Shown here piece by piece: positions 34,533 through 43,870 of a stretch of 46,689 nucleotides of DNA; the stretch's first letter is position 1; each line of letters starts with the position of its first letter. Origin of the DNA: Acutalibacteraceae bacterium (GTDB lineage Bacteria > Bacillota > Clostridia > Oscillospirales > Acutalibacteraceae); contig JAZNJT010000113.1 of the NCBI GenBank assembly GCA_045578145.1, positions 1 through 46,689 on the forward strand. The letters are read 5' to 3'. Position numbers and translations under genes: made by a program. Below the pieces are notes generated by a model. It was not told the origin of the DNA, did not search any database, and saw nothing but the letters and a program-made list of their open reading frames with translations.

Positions 34533-34560
34533 AAAAAAATCCCTGCTTTTTGCAGGGATT
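34533..34560 (-). terminator. Intrinsic terminator after the 200-aa membrane protein gene
   Basis: The minus strand reads AATCCCTGC-aaaaa-GCAGGGATT followed by TTTTTT. Confidence 0.8.
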
Positions 34561-34567
34561 CATAATG

Positions 34568-35170
34568 TTATTTTAAAATTTCAGCAGGCGATTCGCCGTT
34601 ATAGTTTTCTAAAAATTCTGTCCACTGCTCTTCAGAAACCTCATTTGCAGAGATATGATATGTGTTAAAAAGGTTTTCTTCAACCTTTTTATACATAACA
34701 TTTATTTTCTTCTTTTCTCTTAGCGAAATGACAGCAATCCAAACAGCCAATATTACTGCTAATGTGAGTGGAGCGAAGTGACGCCAATAAAAAGAAAGCT
34801 TAAGGTTTAAAAATCCTGCCGCATCTTCCATAATACCTGCAAAAAGCGGGATTAAAAAGGCTGTAGGAATGAGGGTTAAAACAGCGCTCACAGTATGAGA
34901 TTTTAATCGGTTCAAAACAACAGCCGCAATTAAAATTGCAGTACAAATACTCACTGTTATTATTGAATTAGAAATATCTTTTAAATTTTCTGAATTAATA
35001 AGAAACATACCTAAAATATAAAAAAGGTTCATTAATACCGTGAAAATAATAATTAAAAGATAAAAACTTTTAAGAGTCACACAGAGTTTGCCGTCAGCCT
35101 TTGCATAAACAATGCCGCGTTTTTGCTCAATCTCGCGAACTCTTTTTAAAATTCCGTCATATTTTTTCAT
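34568..35170 (-). CDS. Hypothetical membrane protein (four predicted TM helices)
   Basis: The ORF is intact at 200 aa and is followed by a terminator. I recognise no motif. Confidence 0.55.
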   Translation of the reverse strand: MKKYDGILKRVREIEQKRGIVYAKADGKLCVTLKSFYLLIIIFTVLMNLFYILGMFLINSENLKDISNSIITVSICTAILIAAVVLNRLKSHTVSAVLTLIPTAFLIPLFAGIMEDAAGFLNLKLSFYWRHFAPLTLAVILAVWIAVISLREKKKINVMYKKVEENLFNTYHISANEVSEEQWTEFLENYNGESPAEILK

Positions 35171-35219
35171 AAGTCACACCTCTAAAATGATAGATTAATT
35201 ATAACCTTAAAACCTTTGC

Positions 35220-35247
35220 TTGACAAGTCCCTTTTAAAGAATATAAT
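35220..35247 (+). promoter_or_regulatory. Promoter of trmL (TTGACA, 16 nt spacer, TATAAT)
   Basis: TTGACA lies at 35220-35225 and TATAAT at 35242-35247. Confidence 0.55.
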
Positions 35248-35263
35248 TAGATAGGTGATAAAA

Positions 35264-35764
35264 ATGGAAATTAACATAGTGATGGTCGAGCCTGAAATTC
35301 CGCAGAATACAGGAAATGTTGCCAGAACTTGTGCTGCAACGGGAGCAAGACTCCACTTGGTAGGGCCTATGGGATTTAAGATAGACGATAAAAAACTAAA
35401 GCGCGCAGGGCTTGATTATTGGCAGTATCTTGATATTACATATTATAAGGATTTGGATGAATTTTTTGAGAAGAACGAGGGTGCTTTTTACTTTTTCACA
35501 ACAAAGGCGCGCCATACATATACCGAAACTCAATATCCTGATAAATGCTATTTGCTTTTCGGCAAGGAAACCAAGGGCTTGCCTGAGGAATTATTACTCA
35601 AAAATCCTGACAAATGTGTCAGAATACCGATGCAATACGATATCAGAAGTCTTAATCTTTCAAACTCGGTTGCTATTGCTGTTTATGAGGTGCTTAGGCA
35701 GTGGGATTACCCTGAGCTACAAAATTTTGGACAGTTGCATAATTATAAATGGCAGGAAGATTAA
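35264..35764 (+). CDS. trmL: tRNA (cytidine/uridine34-2'-O)-methyltransferase (SpoU/TrmH family, TrmL/CspR type)
   Basis: Motifs present are IVMVEPEIPQNTGNVARTCAATGARLHLVGP and LNLSNSVAIAVYE. The start is set at ATG 35264, preceded by AGGTGA. Confidence 0.85.
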   Translation: MEINIVMVEPEIPQNTGNVARTCAATGARLHLVGPMGFKIDDKKLKRAGLDYWQYLDITYYKDLDEFFEKNEGAFYFFTTKARHTYTETQYPDKCYLLFGKETKGLPEELLLKNPDKCVRIPMQYDIRSLNLSNSVAIAVYEVLRQWDYPELQNFGQLHNYKWQED

Positions 35765-35794
35765 TTATTTCTACATTTACACATAAAGTTTTTG

Positions 35795-35822
35795 TTGAAA
35801 AATATGTAAAATGTGGTACAAT
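35795..35822 (+). promoter_or_regulatory. Promoter of pgk-tpiA-gpmI (TTGAAA, 16 nt spacer, TGg-TACAAT)
   Basis: TTGAAA lies at 35795-35800 and TACAAT at 35817-35822. Confidence 0.5.
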
Positions 35823-35864
35823 ATATATGTATGTTATTTTTTAACTTGAAAGGAAGTAATTTCA

Positions 35865-37076
35865 ATGAACGCTCTTAACAAAAAGACTGTTGATGACATT
35901 AACGTAAAAGGTCAGAAAGTCCTTGTACGTTGCGACTTCAACGTACCGCTTAAAAACGGTGTAATCACTGATGAAAACAGAATTAATGCAGCTCTCCCCA
36001 CAATTAAAAAGTTAATTGCTGACGGTGGCAAGGTTATTCTTTGTTCACACCTCGGCAAGCCGAAGGGTGAGCCCAAGCCTGAGCTTTCTTTAGCACCTGT
36101 AGCTAAGGCTCTTTCTGAAAAGCTTGGAAAAGAGGTTGTTTTCGCTGCTGATGATAATGTGGTTGGCGAAAATGCTAAAAAAGCAGTTGCCGCTATGAAT
36201 GACGGCGACGTTGTATTACTCCAGAATACACGTTATCGCGCAGAAGAAACCAAGAACGGCGAGGCTTTCTCAGCAGAACTTGGTTCTTTGGCAGACGTTT
36301 TTGTAAATGATGCTTTCGGTACAGCTCACAGAGCACACTGCTCAACTGTTGGCGTTGTATCTCACGTTAAGGAAGCTGTTGCAGGCTACCTTATCGGTAA
36401 AGAACTTAAGTATTTAGGCAATGCTGTTGAAGAGCCTGCACGTCCATTTGTTTGCATTTTGGGCGGCGCTAAGGTGGACAGCAAGTTGCCTGTTATTGAA
36501 AATCTTCTTACCAAGGCTGATACGCTTATTATCGGCGGCGGTATGGCTTACACTTTCTTAGCTTCTAAGGGCTACAGCGTAGGCAAATCTCTTATTGATG
36601 AAACGAAGATAGATTATTGCCGCGATATGATGGCAAAGGCAGAGGAAAAGGGCGTTAAAATTCTTCTCCCTGTTGACTGTGCTGTAGTAGAAAGCTTCCC
36701 CGACCCGATTGATGCACCTGTTGATGTAGAAATCGTTGCGGCTGATGCTATTCCTGCTGACGTGGAAAGCCTTGATATCGGCACAAAGACTGCTGAGCTT
36801 TATGCAAATGAAGTTAAAAATGCTAAGACTGTTGTTTGGAACGGACCTATGGGCGTATTTGAAAATCCTATCTTAGCGGCAGGCACATTGGCAGTTGCTA
36901 AAGCTCTTGCTGAAACCGATGCTGTAACAGTTATCGGCGGCGGTGATTCTGCAGCAGCTGTTAACAATTTAGGCTTTGGCGATAAGATGACTCATATTTC
37001 TACAGGCGGCGGCGCTTCTCTCGAATTCTTAGAGGGCAAAGAGCTTCCTGGTATTGCAGCACTTAACGATAAATAA
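35865..37076 (+). CDS. pgk: Phosphoglycerate kinase
   Basis: Motifs present are [18 protein letters not shown] and [18 protein letters not shown]. Confidence 0.95.
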   Translation: MNALNKKTVDDINVKGQKVLVRCDFNVPLKNGVITDENRINAALPTIKKLIADGGKVILCSHLGKPKGEPKPELSLAPVAKALSEKLGKEVVFAADDNVVGENAKKAVAAMNDGDVVLLQNTRYRAEETKNGEAFSAELGSLADVFVNDAFGTAHRAHCSTVGVVSHVKEAVAGYLIGKELKYLGNAVEEPARPFVCILGGAKVDSKLPVIENLLTKADTLIIGGGMAYTFLASKGYSVGKSLIDETKIDYCRDMMAKAEEKGVKILLPVDCAVVESFPDPIDAPVDVEIVAADAIPADVESLDIGTKTAELYANEVKNAKTVVWNGPMGVFENPILAAGTLAVAKALAETDAVTVIGGGDSAAAVNNLGFGDKMTHISTGGGASLEFLEGKELPGIAALNDK

Positions 37077-37083
37077 TAAAAAC

Positions 37084-37105
37084 GTAGGGCGTTAATTCGC
37101 CCTAC
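37084..37105 (+). other. GC-rich stem-loop between pgk and tpiA
   Basis: GTAGGGCG-ttaatt-CGCCCTAC followed by ATTTA. There is no proper U-run. Confidence 0.5.
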
Positions 37106-37129
37106 ATTTATGTAAAAGGAGAAATAAAA

Positions 37130-37897
37130 ATGAATAAAGCTACTCGAGCTGCAGTTATTGCAGGTAACTGGAAGATGAATAAAACTCCCGCAGAGGCTAT
37201 TGCTCTTATTAATGAAATGAAACCACTTGTTGCAGATGCAGACTGTAAGGTTGTACTCTGCGTACCTTTTGTAGATATTGCGGCTGCTGTCGAGGCTGCA
37301 AAGGGATCCAACATTGAAATTGGTGCTGAGAACGTTCACTTTGAAGCTTCAGGTGCTTTCACTGGTGAAATTTCTGCTCAGATGTTAGTTGAGTCAGGCG
37401 TTAAATACGTTGTTGTAGGCCATAGTGAGAGAAGACAGTATTTTGGCGAAACCGATCAGACTGTAAATCTTCGCACACTTGCTGCTGTAAATGCAGGCCT
37501 TACCGCTATTGTATGCGTTGGAGAAACACTTGAACAGAGAGAACTTGGTTATACTGAAACATTGCTTAAATATCAGACAAAAATGGCTCTTACAAATGTT
37601 TCAAAGGAACAGTTAAAGAATATCATCGTGGCTTATGAGCCTGTATGGGCTATTGGTACAGGTGTTACCGCTACCGCCGAGCAGGCTGATGAAGGAAACG
37701 GTTTTGTACGTGAGGCTATTGCTGAGGTTTACGGTAAGGATGTAGCTGAAACTGTTACTGTTCAGTACGGCGGTTCTATGAATCCTAAGAATGCAGACGA
37801 ATTGGTTGCTAAGACTAATGTTGACGGCGGTCTTATCGGCGGTGCATCATTAAAAGCTGAGGATTTTGCTGTTATAGTAAAAGCTGCAAGCAAATAA
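37130..37897 (+). CDS. tpiA: Triosephosphate isomerase
   Basis: Motifs present are GNWKMN, VGHSERR, AYEPVWAIGTG and GGASLK. Confidence 0.95.
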   Translation: MNKATRAAVIAGNWKMNKTPAEAIALINEMKPLVADADCKVVLCVPFVDIAAAVEAAKGSNIEIGAENVHFEASGAFTGEISAQMLVESGVKYVVVGHSERRQYFGETDQTVNLRTLAAVNAGLTAIVCVGETLEQRELGYTETLLKYQTKMALTNVSKEQLKNIIVAYEPVWAIGTGVTATAEQADEGNGFVREAIAEVYGKDVAETVTVQYGGSMNPKNADELVAKTNVDGGLIGGASLKAEDFAVIVKAASK

Positions 37898-37922
37898 AAA
37901 TCCAATATCGGGGAACGAATTT

Positions 37923-39455
37923 ATGAAAAAACCTATAGTTTTAACTATTATGGACGGTTTCGGCTTTAACGAGGAAAAGAACGGAAATGCCATTGAAACC
38001 GCAAAGACACCAAGACTTGATAAAATTTTCAGCACCTGTCCCACTACTCAGATAGGCGCATCAGGGATGGATGTTGGTCTTCCTGACGGTCAAATGGGCA
38101 ACAGCGAGGTAGGTCATACTAATATTGGTGCCGGTAGAATTGTTTATCAGGAACTCACAAGGATTACAAAGTCTATTAAAGACGGTGATTTCTTTAATAA
38201 TGAAGCTTTTCTTAAAGCAGTTGAAAATTGCAAAAAGAATGACAGCGCACTTCATTTAATGGGACTTTTGTCAGACGGCGGTGTTCACAGTCATATAGAA
38301 CATCTTTATGCACTTATAGAGCTTGCTAAAAAGAATGGACTCACAAAGGTTTATGTTCACGCATTGCTTGACGGACGTGATGTTCCGCCCTCATCTGCTG
38401 CAGATTTTATTGATGCTTTAAATAACAAACTTAGTGAAATCGGTTGCGGAAAGCTTGCAACAGTTATGGGCAGATTTTACGGTATGGACCGTGACAACCG
38501 TTGGGAAAGAGTTTCGAAGGCTTATGCTGCTTTGGTATACGGCGAGGGTGTGCAGACTGCTGACGCCGCAGCCGCAGTAAGACTTTCTTATACTCAAAAG
38601 GATGAAGAGGGTAAGTTTATTACCGATGAATTTGTGCTTCCTACAGTTGTTGAGGGAACAGAACGTATAAAGACAAACGACAGTGTGATTTTCTTTAATT
38701 TCCGTCCTGACAGAGCAAGAGAAATCACCCGTACCTTTGTGGATGATGATTTTGCGGGCTTCACACGTGTTGGCGGCAGACAAAAGGTTTACTATGTTTG
38801 CTTTACACAGTATGATGCTTCAATGCCTAATGTTGAGGTGGCGTTTAAGCCTCAGACACTTGAAAACACACTCGGCGAATATCTTTCAAAGAAAAATATG
38901 ACACAGCTTAGAATTGCCGAAACCGAAAAATATGCTCACGTAACATTCTTCTTTAACGGCGGACGTGAGGTTATGTTTGAGGGAGAAGACAGAATTCTAG
39001 TTAACTCACCCAAGGTTGCAACCTACGATTTACAGCCTGAAATGAGTGCGGTTGAGGTTTGCGATAAGGTTTGCGAGGCTATAAAGACAGGTAAATACGA
39101 TGTTGTAATTCTCAACTTTGCTAACTGTGATATGGTAGGGCATACAGGATTTTTCGATGCAGCAGTTAAAGCGGTTGAAACGGTTGACACTTGTGTGGGC
39201 AGAGTAGAGGATGCTACACTTTCTATGGGCGGTGTAATGCTTCTTACTGCTGACCACGGCAATGCTGACAGAATGTTGGATACCGATGGCTCACCGTTTA
39301 CCGCGCATACCACAAATCCTGTTCCGTTTAGTGTAATTGGTCAGGAGTGTACTTTGCGCGAGGGCGGTAAGCTTTGCGATATTTCACCGACAATTATTAA
39401 ATTGTTGGGGTTAGAGCAGCCTGCAGAAATGAACGGAGAATCAATTATTCTTTAA
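37923..39455 (+). CDS. gpmI: 2,3-bisphosphoglycerate-independent phosphoglycerate mutase (bacterial GpmI type)
   Basis: Motifs present are LTIMDGFG, MGNSEVGHTNIGAGR and TADHGNA. The size is 510 aa. Confidence 0.95.
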   Translation: MKKPIVLTIMDGFGFNEEKNGNAIETAKTPRLDKIFSTCPTTQIGASGMDVGLPDGQMGNSEVGHTNIGAGRIVYQELTRITKSIKDGDFFNNEAFLKAVENCKKNDSALHLMGLLSDGGVHSHIEHLYALIELAKKNGLTKVYVHALLDGRDVPPSSAADFIDALNNKLSEIGCGKLATVMGRFYGMDRDNRWERVSKAYAALVYGEGVQTADAAAAVRLSYTQKDEEGKFITDEFVLPTVVEGTERIKTNDSVIFFNFRPDRAREITRTFVDDDFAGFTRVGGRQKVYYVCFTQYDASMPNVEVAFKPQTLENTLGEYLSKKNMTQLRIAETEKYAHVTFFFNGGREVMFEGEDRILVNSPKVATYDLQPEMSAVEVCDKVCEAIKTGKYDVVILNFANCDMVGHTGFFDAAVKAVETVDTCVGRVEDATLSMGGVMLLTADHGNADRMLDTDGSPFTAHTTNPVPFSVIGQECTLREGGKLCDISPTIIKLLGLEQPAEMNGESIIL

Positions 39456-39466
39456 ATAAAAAAGCG

Positions 39467-39496
39467 AAGCCAAGGCAATTTTGCCTTGGCTTTTTT
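39467..39496. terminator. Intrinsic terminator after gpmI
   Basis: AAGCCAAGGCA-attt-TGCCTTGGCTT followed by TTTT, with an A-run upstream. Confidence 0.85.
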
Positions 39497-39620
39497 AATT
39501 TTGCAACTAAAGTTTACATCGGAAGGGCTTAGAAATCCCAAAAAGCACTCAACGCAACCAGTAGTTGACAAAATACAGTAAACTTTGATTGCTTGTGTTT
39601 TGTGTCAAAAAGGAGTAAAA

Positions 39621-40445
39621 TTATTCAAAGTGCGCGTTTCTGTATTCTGACGGCGAGCAGCCAAAATGCTTTGTAAAGGATTTTGAAAAATAGTTTTGGT
39701 CGTAAAAGCCACAGCCTGCCGATATTTCCTTGAATGATTTACGTGTTTTTGCCACAAGCTCCGCCGCTTCATCAAGTCTCACGCGAAATACATAATCCAT
39801 TATCGTGCAACCGAATTCTTTTTTAAAGGATTTTGTAAGGGTTGCATTACAACAACCGAATTTTTTGGACAGAGTGTCAAGTGTTATTTTTGAGGAATAA
39901 TTTTTATTCACATATTCTTTAATTAGTTTTGGAAGTTTTTGTGTATCAGAGAAACTTCGGTTTGTACCGGTTATATATTCAGCAAGCAATGTCATAATGT
40001 TAATATAAGAGCCTATAAGCTCGCGATCAATCAGCTTTATGCTTTCGGAAAGCTTTTTGGCTTTTTCCCTGTCTCCTAAAATTTCAGTAGCTTTGCTTAC
40101 GGTATTTTCCAGTGAATAGGGGTTGGTATCGCAAATCTGTCCCATCATAAGATAACCTGAAAGTGTGCCGAAGCTGTAAAGTGGAGAAACTGCTTCGTAA
40201 AGACCGTGGCGGCATTTATAAACATACACCTTGCCTGTTTTTTTTGCCTTCAGAAATGCATCGAGGTCGTTTTTCTGGCAATCTTTTTTGACATTTGGAA
40301 GAGTCTGAAGATATTTACAGAAGTCATTAGGCTCTTGCGGATAAGAATAAATTTCATTAAATTCAGTATCGTGAATGGATATTCTTATTCCTGAAACATC
40401 GAAAAAATCTTTTAGAATAGAATCGATTTCTATAATTTCTCGCAT
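39621..40445 (-). CDS. AraC-family transcriptional regulator with an N-terminal PocR-type sensor domain
   Basis: The N-terminal region resembles PocR (FFDVSGIRISIHDTEFNEIY...FCKYLQT...C). The C-terminal AraC HTH pair includes FGCSPSEYR. Confidence 0.75.
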   Translation of the reverse strand: MREIIEIDSILKDFFDVSGIRISIHDTEFNEIYSYPQEPNDFCKYLQTLPNVKKDCQKNDLDAFLKAKKTGKVYVYKCRHGLYEAVSPLYSFGTLSGYLMMGQICDTNPYSLENTVSKATEILGDREKAKKLSESIKLIDRELIGSYINIMTLLAEYITGTNRSFSDTQKLPKLIKEYVNKNYSSKITLDTLSKKFGCCNATLTKSFKKEFGCTIMDYVFRVRLDEAAELVAKTRKSFKEISAGCGFYDQNYFSKSFTKHFGCSPSEYRNAHFE

Positions 40446-40572
40446 TATAAAGCCTCCGGAATAGTAAAATTTGATATTTTATCTGATTTTACTATTAATA
40501 ATAATATTTTTTATAGAATCCGTCAAGTAAAAAGTTTATAATATAATAAATTTAAGAAAGGCGGGCAAAGAA

Positions 40573-41673
40573 ATGAGGAAAACAAATTTGGACCAGATTT
40601 CTAATGCTATTAAGAATTTTAAACTTGTTGGAACTACAAGAGGAGTAATCCCCTACGGTAACGGACATATAAATGATACTTTTATGGTAATTACGGTTGA
40701 AAACGGTACAATTGAGCATAAATATGTTTTGCAGACTGTGAATCACCACGTATTCAAAGAGCCTGAAAAGGTTATGGAGAATATACAGCGTGTAACTGAT
40801 TATTTACAGGATAAAGTTTCTGAGGAACGCGAGGTTTTACACCTTGTTCCAACCTTTAATGACGGTACATACTATAAGGATAAGGATGGATATCATTGGC
40901 GCATGTATGAGTTTGTACAGGATGCTATTTGTCTTGATAGACCTAATAATGACGAGTTTTACGAGTGTGCAGTAGCATTCGGTAAATTCCAAAAAATGTT
41001 AGCAGATTTCCCTGCTGACTGCCTACACGAAACTATTGTAGATTTCCATAATACACCTAAGCGCTATGAAAATTTCTTAAAGGCTGTAGAAGAGGATAAA
41101 ATAGGCAGAGCTGAAAAGGTAAAGGCTGAAATAGAGTTTATTAAAGAAAGAGCAGAGTTTTACAGCGTTCTTTTAGATAATAATAAAAAGGGCAATTTGC
41201 CGCTCAGAGTTAGCCATAACGATACAAAATCTAATAATGTTATGCTTGATGCGACTACCCATAAGGCACTTTGTGTTATAGACCTTGATACTATAATGCC
41301 TGGTTTCTCGGTTACTGATTTTGGAGACGCTATACGCTTTGGTGCGAGTACCGCAGCTGAGGATGAAAAGGATTTGAGCAAGGTTAACTTTGATATAGAT
41401 ATGTTTGCAATTTATGCCAAGGGCTTTCTTAACGGTTGTGGCGGCAGTCTTCCCGATGAAGAAATTATGCTGTTACCTGAGGGTGCCAAGATGATGACTA
41501 TTGAGTGCGGCATGCGTTTTCTTACCGACTATCTTGAGGGTGATACATATTTCAAAACCTCGTATCTTGACCACAATTTAGTAAGAACACGCACTCAGCT
41601 TAAATTAGTTGATGATATGGAAAAAAATTGGGATACAATGAAGAACATAGTTAAACAATATTGTAAAGGGTGA
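40573..41673 (+). CDS. nahK: N-acetylhexosamine 1-kinase (anomeric GlcNAc/GalNAc kinase, NahK/LnpB type, APH fold)
   Basis: Long collinear similarity to my recollection of Bifidobacterium NahK. Matching segments include PYGNGHINDTF, LRVSHNDTKSNNVMLD, IDLDTIMPG, FGDAIRFGASTAAEDEKDLSKV, ECGMRFLTDYLEGDTYF and HNLVRTRTQLKLV. Confidence 0.8.
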   Translation: MRKTNLDQISNAIKNFKLVGTTRGVIPYGNGHINDTFMVITVENGTIEHKYVLQTVNHHVFKEPEKVMENIQRVTDYLQDKVSEEREVLHLVPTFNDGTYYKDKDGYHWRMYEFVQDAICLDRPNNDEFYECAVAFGKFQKMLADFPADCLHETIVDFHNTPKRYENFLKAVEEDKIGRAEKVKAEIEFIKERAEFYSVLLDNNKKGNLPLRVSHNDTKSNNVMLDATTHKALCVIDLDTIMPGFSVTDFGDAIRFGASTAAEDEKDLSKVNFDIDMFAIYAKGFLNGCGGSLPDEEIMLLPEGAKMMTIECGMRFLTDYLEGDTYFKTSYLDHNLVRTRTQLKLVDDMEKNWDTMKNIVKQYCKG

Positions 41674-41678
41674 CAAAT

Positions 41679-42557
41679 ATGAAAGATATTACTTTGGTTG
41701 TAATGGCGGCAGGAATGGGCAGCCGTTTCGGTGGATTAAAGCAGATGGAGCCTATTGGTCCAAATGGCGAAGCATTGCTTGATTTTTCAGTTTACGATGC
41801 TAAAAAAGCCGGCTTTACAAAGGTTGTATTTGTAATTAAGCATGCAATTGAAAAAGAATTTAAAGAAATTGTAGGCTCGAGAATAGAAAAAAGAATTAAA
41901 ACAGAATATGTATTTCAGGAAATTGATGATTTGCCAAACGGTTTAGTGCCGCCCGCAGACCGTACAAAGCCTTGGGGTACAGCTCAGGCTATTTTGGCCT
42001 GTAAAGATGTTGTTAAAGAACCTTTTGCAGTAGTAAATGCTGACGATTTTTACGGTCGCTCCGCATTTGAAAAAATAGCGGAATTTTTGAAGGGTGACAG
42101 TGAGGATTACGGTATGGTAGGCTTTAAACTTATCAATACCTTAACCGAAAACGGTCACGTTTCACGCGGTGTTTGTGATGTAGAAAACGGAGAACTTAAG
42201 GGAATCGTAGAGCGCACAAAGATTATGGACTGCAAATTTACTGAGGATGACGGCGCAAGCTGGACACCCCTTTCACCCGACACTATCGTTTCAATGAACC
42301 TATGGGGCTTTAGAACAGACGTTTTCGATTATTTGCAAAAAGATTTCGAAAAATTCCTCAGTGAAAAAATAAATGTTCCAAAGTCTGAGTGCCTGCTTCC
42401 TACAACTGTTGCTAATATAATTGAAAACGGAGCAAAGGCAGTTCGTGTGCTTGTGGCAGATGAAAGATGGTACGGCGTTACCTATAAAGAGGATAAGCCG
42501 ACAGTTGTAAACGCTATCGCTAAAATGATTGAGGACGGAAAGTACGACAATCTTTAA
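41679..42557 (+). CDS. Sugar-1-phosphate nucleotidyltransferase (NTP-transferase fold; probable HexNAc-1-P uridylyltransferase)
   Basis: The N-terminal loop is VVMAAGMGSRFGGLKQ, and VVNADDFYG is also present. The start is ATG 41679 (AAAGGGTGA SD) or GTG 41670, which overlaps the nahK stop codon. Confidence 0.65.
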   Translation: MKDITLVVMAAGMGSRFGGLKQMEPIGPNGEALLDFSVYDAKKAGFTKVVFVIKHAIEKEFKEIVGSRIEKRIKTEYVFQEIDDLPNGLVPPADRTKPWGTAQAILACKDVVKEPFAVVNADDFYGRSAFEKIAEFLKGDSEDYGMVGFKLINTLTENGHVSRGVCDVENGELKGIVERTKIMDCKFTEDDGASWTPLSPDTIVSMNLWGFRTDVFDYLQKDFEKFLSEKINVPKSECLLPTTVANIIENGAKAVRVLVADERWYGVTYKEDKPTVVNAIAKMIEDGKYDNL

Positions 42558-42572
42558 TTGGGGGAAACAATT

Positions 42573-43283
42573 ATGCAGTTTATTAAAACAAAAACCTACG
42601 AAGAGTTAAGCCGAAAGGCATCTGGAATAATCGCCTCTCAGGTGATTTTAAAACCAAACTGTGTTTTAGGACTCGCTACAGGCTCAAGTCCTATTGGTAC
42701 ATATAAAAATTTAATTGCTGCTTTCGAAAACGGTGACCTTGACTTTTCTAATGTCACCTCTGTAAATCTTGACGAATATGTAGGTCTTGACGGTACAAAC
42801 GATCAGAGCTACCGTTATTTTATGGAAGAAAATCTTTTCAAGTCTATCAATATTAAGCCAGAGAACACCTTCGTTCCTAACGGCTGTGCAGAAGACCTTG
42901 AAAAAGAGGGCGCAGATTATGACGCTCATATCAAATCACTTGGCGGTATTGATTTACAGCTTTTAGGCATCGGTCTTGACGGTCATATAGGTTTTAATGA
43001 GCCTGACAGCTTTTTTACTGCAGAAACACATCAAGTGGTTCTTGATGAATCTACAATTAAGGCAAATGCCCGTTTCTTTGCTAATGAAGACGATGTACCC
43101 AAAAAAGCTATTACAATGGGTATGCTTTCTATTATGCAGGCTAAAAAAATATTGCTTATCGCAAACGGCACTGCAAAAAAAGAAATTATTGAAAAAGCAT
43201 TCTTCGGGCCTATTACACCGGAGGTACCTGCTTCTATATTACAGTTGCATCCTGATGTTACGGTAATTTTCAGCGAGAATTAA
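42573..43283 (+). CDS. nagB: Glucosamine-6-phosphate deaminase
   Basis: Motifs present are LGLATGSSP, NLDEY and GIGLDGHIGFNEP. The start is set at ATG 42573 (GGGGGA SD). Confidence 0.9.
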   Translation: MQFIKTKTYEELSRKASGIIASQVILKPNCVLGLATGSSPIGTYKNLIAAFENGDLDFSNVTSVNLDEYVGLDGTNDQSYRYFMEENLFKSINIKPENTFVPNGCAEDLEKEGADYDAHIKSLGGIDLQLLGIGLDGHIGFNEPDSFFTAETHQVVLDESTIKANARFFANEDDVPKKAITMGMLSIMQAKKILLIANGTAKKEIIEKAFFGPITPEVPASILQLHPDVTVIFSEN

Positions 43284-43291
43284 AAAAGAGT

Positions 43292-43321
43292 AGCCGAATG
43301 AAAATTCATTCGGCTTTTTTT
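43292..43321 (+). terminator. Intrinsic terminator after nagB
   Basis: AGCCGAATGA-aaaa-TCATTCGGCT followed by TTTTTT. Confidence 0.85.
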
Positions 43322-43322
43322 A

Positions 43323-43351
43323 TTGACATAAAGGGAAAATAAGGTTAATAT
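43323..43351 (+). promoter_or_regulatory. Promoter of mscL (TTGACA, 17 nt spacer, TAATAT)
   Basis: TTGACA lies at 43323-43328 and TAATAT at 43346-43351. Confidence 0.5.
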
Positions 43352-43381
43352 AATTATATAATTTAAAAAGGAGATGTACAA

Positions 43382-43831
43382 ATGAAAAAGGATAAAAAAG
43401 GTTTTATTACAGAGTTTAAAGAATTTATAATGCGCGGTAATGTACTTGATATGGCAATAGGTGTTATTATTGCAAGCGCTTTCGGTAAAATTACCACAAG
43501 TCTTGTTAATGATATGTTTATGCCATTTCTCGGTTACATAATCGGTGATATGGACCTTACAAAGTATAATATTACTTTGTCGCCCGCTACTACTAATTCT
43601 GAGGCTATTGTATTAGGTCTTGGTACATTTATTTCTACTATTATTGATTTTGTTTTAATTGCATTTATAATCTTCCTTATGATTAAGGTGTTCGCAAAAA
43701 CAAAGGAAATAACCGAAAAGAAATTGCTCAAAAAACAGGAAGAAGAAGCTGTTCCCGAAGCTCCTGCCGCTCCTACAACAGAAGAATTGCTTACTGATAT
43801 TTTAGCAGAGCTCAGAAACGGAAATAAATAA
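43382..43831 (+). CDS. mscL: Large-conductance mechanosensitive channel
   Basis: The protein has FKEFIMRGNVLDMAIGVIIASAFGKI, two TM helices and an AAGGAG SD. Confidence 0.95.
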   Translation: MKKDKKGFITEFKEFIMRGNVLDMAIGVIIASAFGKITTSLVNDMFMPFLGYIIGDMDLTKYNITLSPATTNSEAIVLGLGTFISTIIDFVLIAFIIFLMIKVFAKTKEITEKKLLKKQEEEAVPEAPAAPTTEELLTDILAELRNGNK

Positions 43832-43836
43832 ATTTT

Positions 43837-43870
43837 AAGCGATGTAGCAAAAACTACATCGCTTTTCTTT
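43837..43870. terminator. Bidirectional terminator overlapping the 3' end of the PAP2 gene
   Basis: AAGCGATGTAG-caaaaa-CTACATCGCTT followed by TT. The PAP2 stop codon lies inside the stem. Confidence 0.75.

Noticed and set aside
39497-39620. The 124-bp gap after gpmI, containing AAAGGAG near 39608, as a hidden small gene or sRNA.
   Set aside because: No ATG, GTG or TTG start lies at a usable distance from the SD-like sequence. I found no promoter with correct spacing and no terminator other than the shared gpmI hairpin.
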